Shown here in pieces: positions 31,401-40,395 of a stretch of 42,482 nucleotides of DNA. A program made the translations under genes and the position numbers. This DNA is from Clostridia bacterium (GTDB lineage: Bacteria; Bacillota; Clostridia; Oscillospirales; CAG-272), in contig JAFQPL010000010.1 in the NCBI GenBank assembly GCA_017411785.1, positions 1 through 42,482 on the forward strand, written 5' to 3'. Numbering within the stretch: position 1 is the first letter of the stretch; each line of letters opens with the position of its first letter. The notes under the pieces are model-generated. The model did no database searches and was not told where the DNA came from. It saw only the letters and a list, made by a program, of their open reading frames with translations.

Positions 31401-34172
31401 TTATGCTGCTTGATATGTAAGCGTTACGTTTCCTGCGGGGGCGGTAAAGGTAATAAGTCCGCCGATTGCGGTTTCTGTTCCGATTACGTTTCCGTTAACC
31501 GAAACTGTCCATTTGCCCGCGCCGGATAAGCCATCAACGTAATAGCTCATAGAGGCTTCACCTTCGGTTGTGAAGGATATAGTTCCGTTGATATATTTCG
31601 TGGAATCAATTATGTTTCTCTTTACAAATATTGCCGCGATACTGTTATTGAATACGCATCCCTCAAGGTCGTCGGCATTTGATGTTGTAAAGTTGCCTGT
31701 TGAAATATTCGTTATCGGCTTGGTTTCGTAATAAGTTGTGTTTCCTTTGTCGGTAACGTAAAGTGAGTTGAGCAGGGAGGAGGTCTTGGTGCTATCCATC
31801 GTTATTTCAACACGTCCCCACGAGCCAACGTCGTAGTTATTCGTGGTTGCGTTCTGTACTCCGTTTATTGAGTAATTTTTAGAGCTTGCCGCAACGTATT
31901 TTCCGTCAGGACCGTAAACTCTTCCGCCGATCTTTTCTATCGTTGCGTTGTTGCTCAGGCAGGTGAGAACAAGCTTTCCGTTACCGTTTTCGGTGGATAC
32001 TGTTTTACCGCTTATTGTTGGCGCATCGGATGAGGGGATCTGAAGTAGGAATTTCTTTCCGTAAGTCGAACTGTCAGATGTGATTCTGTCGTATATAAAC
32101 ATTACCATGGGCACATCCTCGTTACCCGTGTAGACCGTTAACATTCTTCTGCCGACGAAATCAACTGTGCTTTCGTGGTATGCGTTGGTTATATTTCCGC
32201 TTATATAAGCGTAAAGAGGTTGAGTTTTTGCCGAGTCGGAATAGCCGTGTCTGTTGCCTATGACTTTACCCGTCAGGTAATCAGTGCCTTTCAACTCGGT
32301 AAGATTTGATGCTTCCGATGGCCATAGCTGACCTCCCGAGTACCACTTTTTAGCTACCTCGGTGGTTGCTTCGGGCTTGTTGGGATTGTATATGAGCAAG
32401 CCATTGTGCGAAACTGTCGCCTGATGGTAGTAACGTGTATGCTCCGAGCCGTATCCGTTATAAACTCCGCCGTCCGCGGTAAGCATACCTTTGTAGTATA
32501 TCATAAAGGTACCTGCGTCGCAATGCTCGTGATTTGCAGTGGTACGCTCCTTTATTCGCATAAATGCGCTTGCTGAATTTGCGTCGTTCCAAGCCTCGTG
32601 CGTAATATACTGACCTACAGGCGAGCCGTTATATTGAATAAGCTCCATACCTTCGTATTTGTTTTCTGCGGGGGTTATATCCGAAAGCCCTGTGAGAGCT
32701 AAATACATAGCTGATGTCAGCTCTATAGTATCGGATTTGAATGCCTGCGTGGGCAGCATCGACTTTGCCTGAGCAAGCATGGGCTTATCCGCGAAGAGAT
32801 ATGCCGATATATAAGCCAATGCTCTGAATTCGTAGTTGTTTTGAAGCGAGCCTGAGCCGTCGCCGTCGGAATATATTTTTCCGGGAGCACACTCATAGCC
32901 AAGGAAGCTTCTTATTGTTTTGTTGATGTTCTCATAAGGCTGAGAGCCTGTAGCGGTTTTCAGCATCCACGCGGAATACATATCGGAAATATGTCTTCCT
33001 GAAACATAAACGCCTGTTCCTTGCTGAGAAATCCCCGATTTGAAATAATAATTTCTGACGGGAACGTACTCCGAGTAAACAAGCTTTGCAATATAATTCC
33101 ACCATGAATTATTGTCACCGTAGAACGCTATTGCTGCCGAGAGATAGTCACGTAGCACCTGACGCTCTGAGGCGTGTCCCGAAACCGCGCCTATTTTCGT
33201 GGGAGGGAAGCCGACCGACATTTTCCACTTGTAGTGTGTAGTAGTTGTGTACGACGGATCTCCGCAGTTACCCTTGGCGGTTCTGTTTTCAACTCCCGCC
33301 ATAAGCTGCTGCTTGTCAACGTCGGTGAGAAGGTCGTAGCACCAGTCGTAAACGAGCGCCGCGGTAAACATTGTGTTTCCGTATTCTCGTTCTTGGTTAG
33401 AGGTAATATATTGGATATCAAGTGTTCTTAAAAATTGCTTCATATAATGTATAGCCTGATATCCGTAAAGCTTGTGGCCTTCAACGAGATATCCGAGAGC
33501 TTTTACCTGAATCAATTCAAGAACGCTTTTATCATAATTGTGAATACCTTTTCTTCCGTCAAAATCCGTTTGCACTGCGCTGAGCTGACCGTTTCTTGCG
33601 TGTTGAGTATCAAGAAGCTCGTAGAAGCGCGCTACAGTAGGATCGGTTTTGTTATCCTTCATGTATTTTTTTACGGTAGGAATTGTTTGAGACGTCAAGA
33701 GCAGCCTTGGATGTGCCTGAGTTATAGTGGGGATCTCTGCTGTCCACGCGGCATCAGGTGTTCCTATGCTCGCGCTTGCTGAACCGAGATCGTAGCCTGC
33801 CTTTTTAGAAGCGATCTCATTGCGTAAAGCCTCATATTTAGGCATGAGCTCTGCAAGAAGGGCATCGTTTTCAGCTTTCTTTTTTTCAGCTTCGGCTTTT
33901 TCCTCCTCTGTTAACTCCTCGGAGGGATTTTCTTCGTCATTGTTTTCATCTGTGTTTTCGTTTTCGTTGCCGCCAAGACTGCTGTTTTCGCTGCTGTCCT
34001 CGCTGTTGTTTTCGCTTTCGGTGCTTTCATCAATATCATTTTCCGAGTTCTCGGTGTCTGTGTTTGCGTTTGAAGCTGAATTGTTTATATTTGGTGAGCT
34101 GCAAGATAAAAACGTGCTTGATATCATAATAAGGGTTAATATTATTGCTGAAATTTTAATAAACATTTTCAT
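31401..34172 (-). CDS. heparinase II/III-like (polysaccharide lyase-fold) lipoprotein with a long acidic low-complexity linker
   Basis: The signal peptide has the lipobox FLSC. A ~85-aa N/E/S/D-rich linker follows. The central region resembles the alginate-lyase/heparinase II-III architecture, including HEHCDAGTFMIYYKG (compare the H.H.D.GSF block of the heparinase II/III C-domain). The C-terminus is beta-rich. Confidence 0.65.
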   Translation of the reverse strand: MKMFIKISAIILTLIMISSTFLSCSSPNINNSASNANTDTENSENDIDESTESENNSEDSSENSSLGGNENENTDENNDEENPSEELTEEEKAEAEKKKAENDALLAELMPKYEALRNEIASKKAGYDLGSASASIGTPDAAWTAEIPTITQAHPRLLLTSQTIPTVKKYMKDNKTDPTVARFYELLDTQHARNGQLSAVQTDFDGRKGIHNYDKSVLELIQVKALGYLVEGHKLYGYQAIHYMKQFLRTLDIQYITSNQEREYGNTMFTAALVYDWCYDLLTDVDKQQLMAGVENRTAKGNCGDPSYTTTTHYKWKMSVGFPPTKIGAVSGHASERQVLRDYLSAAIAFYGDNNSWWNYIAKLVYSEYVPVRNYYFKSGISQQGTGVYVSGRHISDMYSAWMLKTATGSQPYENINKTIRSFLGYECAPGKIYSDGDGSGSLQNNYEFRALAYISAYLFADKPMLAQAKSMLPTQAFKSDTIELTSAMYLALTGLSDITPAENKYEGMELIQYNGSPVGQYITHEAWNDANSASAFMRIKERTTANHEHCDAGTFMIYYKGMLTADGGVYNGYGSEHTRYYHQATVSHNGLLIYNPNKPEATTEVAKKWYSGGQLWPSEASNLTELKGTDYLTGKVIGNRHGYSDSAKTQPLYAYISGNITNAYHESTVDFVGRRMLTVYTGNEDVPMVMFIYDRITSDSSTYGKKFLLQIPSSDAPTISGKTVSTENGNGKLVLTCLSNNATIEKIGGRVYGPDGKYVAASSKNYSINGVQNATTNNYDVGSWGRVEITMDSTKTSSLLNSLYVTDKGNTTYYETKPITNISTGNFTTSNADDLEGCVFNNSIAAIFVKRNIIDSTKYINGTISFTTEGEASMSYYVDGLSGAGKWTVSVNGNVIGTETAIGGLITFTAPAGNVTLTYQAA

Positions 34173-34253
34173 AGGCGCTTTTAATCTTTTTTCCTTTCGT
34201 ATATTTTACAAAGGGGAAATACTAAACTTTTTGTACTTTAGGATACCAAAATG

Positions 34254-35195
34254 TCATTTTTTCATAGTTATCGCAAGCTTTGCTTTTTCTGCTATACTTT
34301 CGGCAGTAAGTCCGTAAAGCTCAAGAAGGGGAGGAACCTTGCCTGAACGTCCAAAGACATCATTTGTTCCTACTCTAAGCACGGGAACGGGGCAGGACTC
34401 GCAAACCGTTTCCGCAACTGCGCTGCCGAGACCGCCGATTATGTTGTGCTCCTCGGCAACGACCAAAGCACCGGTCTCACTTGCTGCCTTGAGAATTATA
34501 TCCTTGTCGAGAGGCTTGATTGTGTGAATGTTTATAACTCTTACGCTTATACCCTCGTCAGAAAGCATTTTTGCGGCGGTGTTCGCCATATCTACCATAA
34601 GACCCGTTGCGATTATTGTTACATCAGAGCCTTCTTTGAGGCAAATACCCTTGCCAAGCTTAAATTCATAGGTTGCGGGATCGTTGTAAACAGGGACTGC
34701 AAGACGTCCCAAGCGTATGTACATAGGTCCCTCATAGTCAAGAGCCGCCTTGATTGCCGCTCTTGCTTCCACCGCATCAGCGGGATTCACTATTGTCATA
34801 TTTGGAATCGAACGCATAAGCGCGATATCCTCAAGACACTGGTGAGTCGCGCCATCCTCTCCAACAGAAATACCCGCGTGCGTTGCGCAGATCTTTACGT
34901 TAAGTGAGGGATATGCTATCGAGTTCCTTATCTGCTCAAAGGCTCTGCCTGCGGCAAACATTGCAAAGGACGAGGCAAAAACGGTTTTGCCTGTTGAAGC
35001 GATCCCCGCTGCTACACTCATCATATTTCCCTCGGCGATTCCGCAATTGAAAAAACGCTCAGGGTATTTTTTCTTAAATATTCCGGTTTTTGTCGCAGCC
35101 GCAAGGTCGGCATCGAGAACGACAAAATCATAGTCATCGGCAAATTCTACAAGGGCGTTTCCGTAGCCCTCTCTCGTTGCTATCTTTTCTGCCAT
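34254..35195 (-). CDS. transketolase, C-terminal (pyrimidine-binding) subunit
   Basis: The sequence TREGYG.AL.......V.LDADL..AT.T.....YPERF...GIAE.NM...AAG.A matches the pyrimidine-binding domain. It is paired with the N-terminal subunit gene upstream. Confidence 0.9.
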   Translation of the reverse strand: MAEKIATREGYGNALVEFADDYDFVVLDADLAAATKTGIFKKKYPERFFNCGIAEGNMMSVAAGIASTGKTVFASSFAMFAAGRAFEQIRNSIAYPSLNVKICATHAGISVGEDGATHQCLEDIALMRSIPNMTIVNPADAVEARAAIKAALDYEGPMYIRLGRLAVPVYNDPATYEFKLGKGICLKEGSDVTIIATGLMVDMANTAAKMLSDEGISVRVINIHTIKPLDKDIILKAASETGALVVAEEHNIIGGLGSAVAETVCESCPVPVLRVGTNDVFGRSGKVPPLLELYGLTAESIAEKAKLAITMKK

Positions 35196-35207
35196 TTTTC
35201 TACCTCC

Positions 35208-36035
35208 TTACATGCTTGCCTTGATTTCGGCGATTGCCTTTTCGTACTGCTCGTCGTTTGGCGCGCTTCCGTGCCAACCAACTTGGTTTTCCATAAAGGA
35301 AACTCCTTTACCTTTAACGGTTTTTGCGATTATAGCTGTGGGTCTGCCTTTAAAGCTGCGAGCTGATTTGAATGCTTTTTCGATCTGTTCAAAATTGTGT
35401 CCGTCTATAGATATAACGTTGAAGCCAAAGGCTTCAAGCTTAGTATCGTATGGGGTGGGGTTCATGACCTCTGCTACGGGGCCGTCTATCTGCAAGCCGT
35501 TCCAGTCTATAACAAGGCAAAGATTGTCAAGCTTGTAGTGAGAAGCGAACATACAAGCCTCCCAGATCTGACCTTCCTGGCTCTCGCCGTCTCCTACGAT
35601 AGAATAAACACGGTAATCCTTTTTATTGAGCTTTCCCGCAAGAGCCATTCCGCAAGCTGCGGAAAAGCCGAGACCTAAGGAGCCTGTAGACATATCGATT
35701 CCCGGAGTACCCTTCATATCGGGGTGCCCTTGCAGAAATGAATTTATATTTCTGAGGTTTTTCAGCTCGTCAGGACTGAAAAATCCTTTGTAGGCTAAAG
35801 CTCCGTAAAGTGCGGGGGCAGTATGTCCTTTTGAGAGAACAAATCTGTCGCGATCGTCCCATTTGGGATTTTTGGGGTCCACGTTTAATTCCTCAAAGTA
35901 TAGATATGTAACGATGTCTGCTATTGAGAGAGAGCCGCCCGGATGACCCGATGCTGCCGCGTGAGTGCCCTCAAGAATTCCAAGACGTATCTTGGCGGCT
36001 ATCTGCTTTAGTTCGTTGATTCTTGAATGTTCCAT
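35208..36035 (-). CDS. transketolase, N-terminal (TPP-binding) subunit
   Basis: Motifs present: SGHPGGSLS, DRFVLSKGH, GSLGLG, VGDGE.QEG..WEA. Confidence 0.9.
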   Translation of the reverse strand: MEHSRINELKQIAAKIRLGILEGTHAAASGHPGGSLSIADIVTYLYFEELNVDPKNPKWDDRDRFVLSKGHTAPALYGALAYKGFFSPDELKNLRNINSFLQGHPDMKGTPGIDMSTGSLGLGFSAACGMALAGKLNKKDYRVYSIVGDGESQEGQIWEACMFASHYKLDNLCLVIDWNGLQIDGPVAEVMNPTPYDTKLEAFGFNVISIDGHNFEQIEKAFKSARSFKGRPTAIIAKTVKGKGVSFMENQVGWHGSAPNDEQYEKAIAEIKASM

Positions 36036-36070
36036 GTTTTTTACCTTTCGTATTTAAGCGTGTTTGTAAT

Positions 36071-37069
36071 TTAAATTTTTACGAAGCCAAGCTTCTTTTG
36101 AACCTTGCCCAAGGTCCTGCGCGCGTAGTAGGATGCTTCCTCTGCGCCTTTTTTCATTTGTGCTTCAAGAAATGCCTTGTCTGCGGCAAGCTCCTTGAAT
36201 TTTGCTTGAACGGGAGCAAGCGCGTCTGCGCAGACCTCGCCAACGGCAAGCTTGAATTCGCCGTAGCCCTTACCCTCGAACTCGCGTTCGATCTCGTCGG
36301 TTTCCTTGCCTGTAAAGCAGGAGTATATAGTAATGAGATTATTTATGCCATCCTTGCCGTCGGCAAAGCGAACGCAGGTATCAGAGTCTGTAACCGCTCT
36401 CTTGAATTTTCTTATTATGGTATCCTTGTCGTCGAGTATATAAACTACGGCGTTTGGGTTTTCATCGGATTTTGACATTTTTTTCGTTGGCTCTGCAAGC
36501 GACATTATCTTCTTTCCTGATTTTGAGATTATTGGCTCGGGAACTGTGAAGGTGTCAGGGTAGAGCTGATTAAATCTCAATGCGATGTCACGGCAAAGCT
36601 CAACGTGCTGCTTTTGATCTATTCCCACGGGGACTACGTCGGTCTGATACAAGAGAATGTCCGCTGCCATAAGGGTAGGGTAGGTAAAGAGTCCCGCATT
36701 TACGTTATCGGCGTGCTTTGAGCTTTTGTCCTTGAACTGAGTCATTCTCGAAAGCTCTCCAAACATAGTAAAGCAATTAAGGATCCAGGCAAGCTCGGCA
36801 TGCTCGTGAACGTGTGACTGAACGTAAAGAGTGTTTTTGTCGGGGTCAAGCCCGCACGCCATATAAAGAGCGAGCGTTTCATAGGTGCGTCTGCGAAGCT
36901 CGGCTGGGATTTGACGAACCGTTATTGCGTGCTCATCGACTACACAGTAGAAGCATTTATATTTCTCCGAGTAGGTGGAAAAATTACGGATAGCCCCGAG
37001 ATAATTTCCAATTGTCAGATTTCCGCTCGGCTGAACGCCCGAGTAGGAGATTTTTTGATCCTGAAACAT
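36071..37069 (-). CDS. trpS: tryptophan--tRNA ligase
   Basis: It is a class I aaRS with SGVQPSG.LTIGNY (HIGH-equivalent region) and KMSKS. The size of 332 aa is typical of TrpRS. Confidence 0.9.
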   Translation of the reverse strand: MFQDQKISYSGVQPSGNLTIGNYLGAIRNFSTYSEKYKCFYCVVDEHAITVRQIPAELRRRTYETLALYMACGLDPDKNTLYVQSHVHEHAELAWILNCFTMFGELSRMTQFKDKSSKHADNVNAGLFTYPTLMAADILLYQTDVVPVGIDQKQHVELCRDIALRFNQLYPDTFTVPEPIISKSGKKIMSLAEPTKKMSKSDENPNAVVYILDDKDTIIRKFKRAVTDSDTCVRFADGKDGINNLITIYSCFTGKETDEIEREFEGKGYGEFKLAVGEVCADALAPVQAKFKELAADKAFLEAQMKKGAEEASYYARRTLGKVQKKLGFVKI

Positions 37070-37102
37070 TTATGTATCCTCCAAAAGAAAGCAAAAATAA
37101 TA

Positions 37103-38296
37103 TTAAAGCGAGGTAAAGACTTCTCCGAGACGCTTAACACCCTCTATTATTTGTTCGTCGGACGGGGTTGAATAGTTAAGACGGAAGGACGGGGAGGGAG
37201 CTTCGGTATCGCAGTTAAAGGCAGTGCCGGGAACAACGGCAACCTTCTTTTCTATAGCCTTCTTAACAACGAAGGATGCGTCGGTGCAATCCTTTACCGT
37301 TCCCCAAATAAACAGACCGCCTTCGGGACGGGTAAATGTCACCTTGTCTGCGGGAATGTATTTATCAATGCATTCGAGCATAAGATTGCACTTGTGGCGG
37401 TAAAGCTCGTTTATCTTTGCAATGTGAGCGTCGAGATCGCAGGTCGTCATATATTTGTGGCAAAGCATCTGGAAAAAGAGATTTGTGTGAACGTCCTCAG
37501 CTTGCTTTGCAACTACCATTTTTGAAGCGACCTCGGAGGGTGCGATAACAAATCCTATACGCATTCCCGCAGAGAGTATCTTGGAGAGGGAGGAGCAGTA
37601 TATAACAAGACCGTCGGAATCAAGGCTCTTCATCGTGGGTATATCTTCACCCGCAAATCTGAGCTCTCCGTAGGGATTGTCCTCAATTATCATAATTTCA
37701 TATTTTTTCGCGAGCGCGAGGACGGCTTTACGCTTTTCAAGGCTCATACAGGTTCCCGAGGGATTCTGGAAGGTTGGAATGAGGTAGAGAAGCTTTGCGT
37801 TTTTTACGGTCTTGAGTGTTTCCTCAAGCTTTTCAAGTGAAATTCCGTCCTCCTCCATTTCAACGCCTATAGTTCTCGCTCCGTTTGAGCGGAATGAGTT
37901 GAGCGCGCCGATAAAGCTCGGATTTTCACAGATGACCGCATCTCCCTCGTTGCAAAATGCTTTGCAGGCAGGCTCTATACCTTGCTGACCGCCCGTTACG
38001 ACGAGAGTTGTGTCGCAATCGCGAACCATACCTTCGCCAAAGCGGGATTTTTGTCTTGCGGCGATAGCCTCGCGCAAGGGCATATATCCCTCTGTTATTC
38101 CGTACTGAAGCGCAAATGACGCCTCGTTTTCAAATATTTCCGCCGAAAGACGCGCAAGGTCATCAACCGGGAATGAGTCGGGGGAGGGATTACCTGCCGC
38201 AAACGATATTATAGTTGGGTCTGAAAGACTCTTGAAAATTTCACGTATAGCCGAAGGCTTGAGCTCGGCAAGCTTTTTAGAAAACTTGTATTCCAT
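37103..38296 (-). CDS. PLP-dependent aminotransferase, class I/II fold (2-aminoadipate/aromatic aminotransferase-like)
   Basis: Motifs present: I.FA.G.P....FP, NPSGT, the SLSK PLP-lysine motif and R.N.S at the C-terminus. Confidence 0.8.
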   Translation of the reverse strand: MEYKFSKKLAELKPSAIREIFKSLSDPTIISFAAGNPSPDSFPVDDLARLSAEIFENEASFALQYGITEGYMPLREAIAARQKSRFGEGMVRDCDTTLVVTGGQQGIEPACKAFCNEGDAVICENPSFIGALNSFRSNGARTIGVEMEEDGISLEKLEETLKTVKNAKLLYLIPTFQNPSGTCMSLEKRKAVLALAKKYEIMIIEDNPYGELRFAGEDIPTMKSLDSDGLVIYCSSLSKILSAGMRIGFVIAPSEVASKMVVAKQAEDVHTNLFFQMLCHKYMTTCDLDAHIAKINELYRHKCNLMLECIDKYIPADKVTFTRPEGGLFIWGTVKDCTDASFVVKKAIEKKVAVVPGTAFNCDTEAPSPSFRLNYSTPSDEQIIEGVKRLGEVFTSL

Positions 38297-38350
38297 AGGG
38301 ACACTCCTGCAAAAAATATATTACTATTATATAATATCACATAATATTAA

Positions 38351-38388
38351 AAAAGTCAATTGACTTTTAAATTAAAATGTGATATATT
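38351..38388. promoter_or_regulatory. divergent promoter region centred on a perfect 18-bp palindrome
   Basis: AAAAGTCAATTGACTTTT (38351-38368) provides TTGACT -35 hexamers on both strands. On the plus strand, TTGACT(38360-38365)-17-TATATT(38383-38388) has TGn. On the minus strand, TTGACT lies about 18 nt from TATTAT. Confidence 0.55.
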
Positions 38389-38435
38389 ATAAATAAACAG
38401 GGTCATAATTTTTTGATACGGGAAAGAGAGAAAAA

Positions 38436-39068
38436 ATGATAAAAATTGAACGATGCTCGGTAATGAATTTTGAAAACGCAATAAGAGGCGCGAGAAATCC
38501 TCTTAACAGCTGGGACAGAATGGATAGCTACTACGATGAGAACGGAAATTATGTTCTTGGAGAGAACGATTTGAGTCTTGCTAAGAGGCTATCTCACGCG
38601 GGAAGCGACCACAGAAAGTTTCTGCGCCAGATATTTGTATCGGTCGATATAACAGCTCCTTTGTATTGGTGGAAGGAGTTTGATACTTATAAGGTCGGAA
38701 CGGTTGCAAATTCTTGCTCTACAATGCATAAAATTCACGCAAAGGCCTTTGAGCGCGAGGACTTTTCCTGCGACAGACTTGATGAGGGCGGTCTTGCGGC
38801 ACTTGACGCGCTTGTTGAGTATCTCGAGGCGGAAAGAGTCAAGTTCTGCGAGGATAAGACCAATAAGCAGGCGTGGCACAATATGATACAGTTATTGCCG
38901 TCAAGCTATAATCAGATGAGAACGGTGACGCTTAATTATGAGAATTTGATAAATATTTATTATGCAAGAAAAACGCATAAACTTGCAGAATGGCATACTC
39001 TTTGCGATTGGATAATGTCATTGCCTTATGCCGAGGATATTATTGCGGTAAAGGGCGAGCAAAATTAA
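38436..39068 (+). CDS. ThyX-fold (Thy1-like) protein lacking the RHR...S..R ThyX motif; function unknown
   Basis: Alignment by eye to ThyX spans the whole length (…DITAPLYWWKEFDTYKVG..NSCSTMH and LLP..Y......T.N...L.N....R..H...EW). The catalytic or ligand-binding arginines are replaced. Confidence 0.55.
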   Translation: MIKIERCSVMNFENAIRGARNPLNSWDRMDSYYDENGNYVLGENDLSLAKRLSHAGSDHRKFLRQIFVSVDITAPLYWWKEFDTYKVGTVANSCSTMHKIHAKAFEREDFSCDRLDEGGLAALDALVEYLEAERVKFCEDKTNKQAWHNMIQLLPSSYNQMRTVTLNYENLINIYYARKTHKLAEWHTLCDWIMSLPYAEDIIAVKGEQN

Positions 39069-39092
39069 TAAAAGAGGATAATAATATTGTGT

Positions 39093-39131
39093 AAAAAAGC
39101 AGTTTGCAGGTCTTTTGCGGCTGCTTTTTGT
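39093..39131 (+). terminator. probable intrinsic terminator
   Basis: AAAAAGCAG-loop-CTGCTTTTT is followed by GTATTTT. Confidence 0.55.
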
Positions 39132-39180
39132 ATTTTGCGGAGAAAGTTAAATAAAATATGTATATTTTTTGCAAAAGCTA

Positions 39181-39208
39181 TTGACATTTTTGCGGAAAAA
39201 AGTATAAT
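39181..39208 (+). promoter_or_regulatory. sigma-A-type promoter for serC-serA (TTGACA-16-TATAAT)
   Basis: TTGACA lies at 39181-39186 and TATAAT at 39203-39208. Confidence 0.65.
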
Positions 39209-39274
39209 AAAAGTATGTTTTATTTTTGTCAAACATTTAAATTTTAAACTATTTATTTACGGAGGTTTTAAACT

Positions 39275-40366
39275 ATGAACAGAGTTTACAATTTTTCGGC
39301 GGGCCCGTCAATGCTTCCCATAGATGTCCTTAACAAAGCAGCGGCTGAGCTCGTTTGTTACGGAGAATCCGGAATGTCGGTAATGGAGATGTCCCACCGT
39401 TCTCCGGACTATGAGGCTATTATAAACGACGCAGAGGCTATGCTTCGTCAGCTTATGAATATCCCCGATAATTATAAGGTTCTTTTCCTTCAGGGCGGAG
39501 CTTCAACGCAGTTTGCCGCAGTTCCTCTTAACCTTATAAAGAGAACAGGAAAGGCTGATTACGCGGTGTCGGGTCAGTTCTCAGGTAAGGCGTTTAAGGA
39601 GGCTCAGAAGCTTGGCTACGATGTTAAGTGCATAGCTACTACCAAGGATGATAATTTTGATCACGTTCCTGTTATCACTAAGGATATGATAAGAGAGGAT
39701 GCAGCATATCTTCATATTTGCTTCAATAATACTATTTACGGAACAAAGTATCCCTACATTCCCGAGACCGGCGATATTCCGTTGGTTGCCGACCTTTCAT
39801 CCTGCATAATCTCCGAGCCTGTTGACGTAAGCAAGTTCGGCGTTATCTACGCAGGCGCGCAGAAGAATATGGCGCCCGCAGGACTTACGCTTGTTATAGT
39901 TCGCGAGGATCTTCTTGATTACGCTGAGGAGAAGATGCCTACTATGCTTGAGTGGAAAACTATGGCAGAGAACGGCTCTATGTATAACACGCCTCCTTGC
40001 TACACTATCTATATGGCAAAGCTCGTTTATGAGTGGATCCTCTCGATCGGCGGTCTTGATGCGATGAAGAAGATGAACGAGACCAAGGCGGCTATTCTTT
40101 ACGATTACCTTGATTCTCAGGACTATTACGTAGCTCCCGTTAAAAAGGAAAGCCGTTCTATGATGAACGTAACCTTTGTTACGGGTGATGCCGACCTTGA
40201 TAAGAAGTTTGCAAGCGAAGCCGCAAAGGCAGGTCTTAAGAACCTTAAGGGTCACCGTTCGGTTGGCGGAATGAGAGCATCTATCTATAATGCAATGCCT
40301 AAAGAGGGTGTTGAAGCGCTTGTTGCGTTTATGAAGAAATTTGCCGAGGAAAATCCCAAGGCTTAA
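39275..40366 (+). CDS. serC: phosphoserine aminotransferase
   Basis: Motifs present: YNFSAGPS.LP, S.MEMSHRS, FLQGGAS.QF, GAQKN..PAG and GGMRAS.YNA. Confidence 0.92.
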   Translation: MNRVYNFSAGPSMLPIDVLNKAAAELVCYGESGMSVMEMSHRSPDYEAIINDAEAMLRQLMNIPDNYKVLFLQGGASTQFAAVPLNLIKRTGKADYAVSGQFSGKAFKEAQKLGYDVKCIATTKDDNFDHVPVITKDMIREDAAYLHICFNNTIYGTKYPYIPETGDIPLVADLSSCIISEPVDVSKFGVIYAGAQKNMAPAGLTLVIVREDLLDYAEEKMPTMLEWKTMAENGSMYNTPPCYTIYMAKLVYEWILSIGGLDAMKKMNETKAAILYDYLDSQDYYVAPVKKESRSMMNVTFVTGDADLDKKFASEAAKAGLKNLKGHRSVGGMRASIYNAMPKEGVEALVAFMKKFAEENPKA

Positions 40367-40395
40367 TTATTACTTTGAATTTGAAAGAGGTTTTT

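Noticed and set aside
31263-31529. An 88-aa ORF lies downstream of the small lipoprotein gene.
   Set aside because: It crosses the bidirectional terminator and the 3' end of the convergent heparinase-like gene. It is Cys/Phe/Arg-rich with no motif and no RBS.
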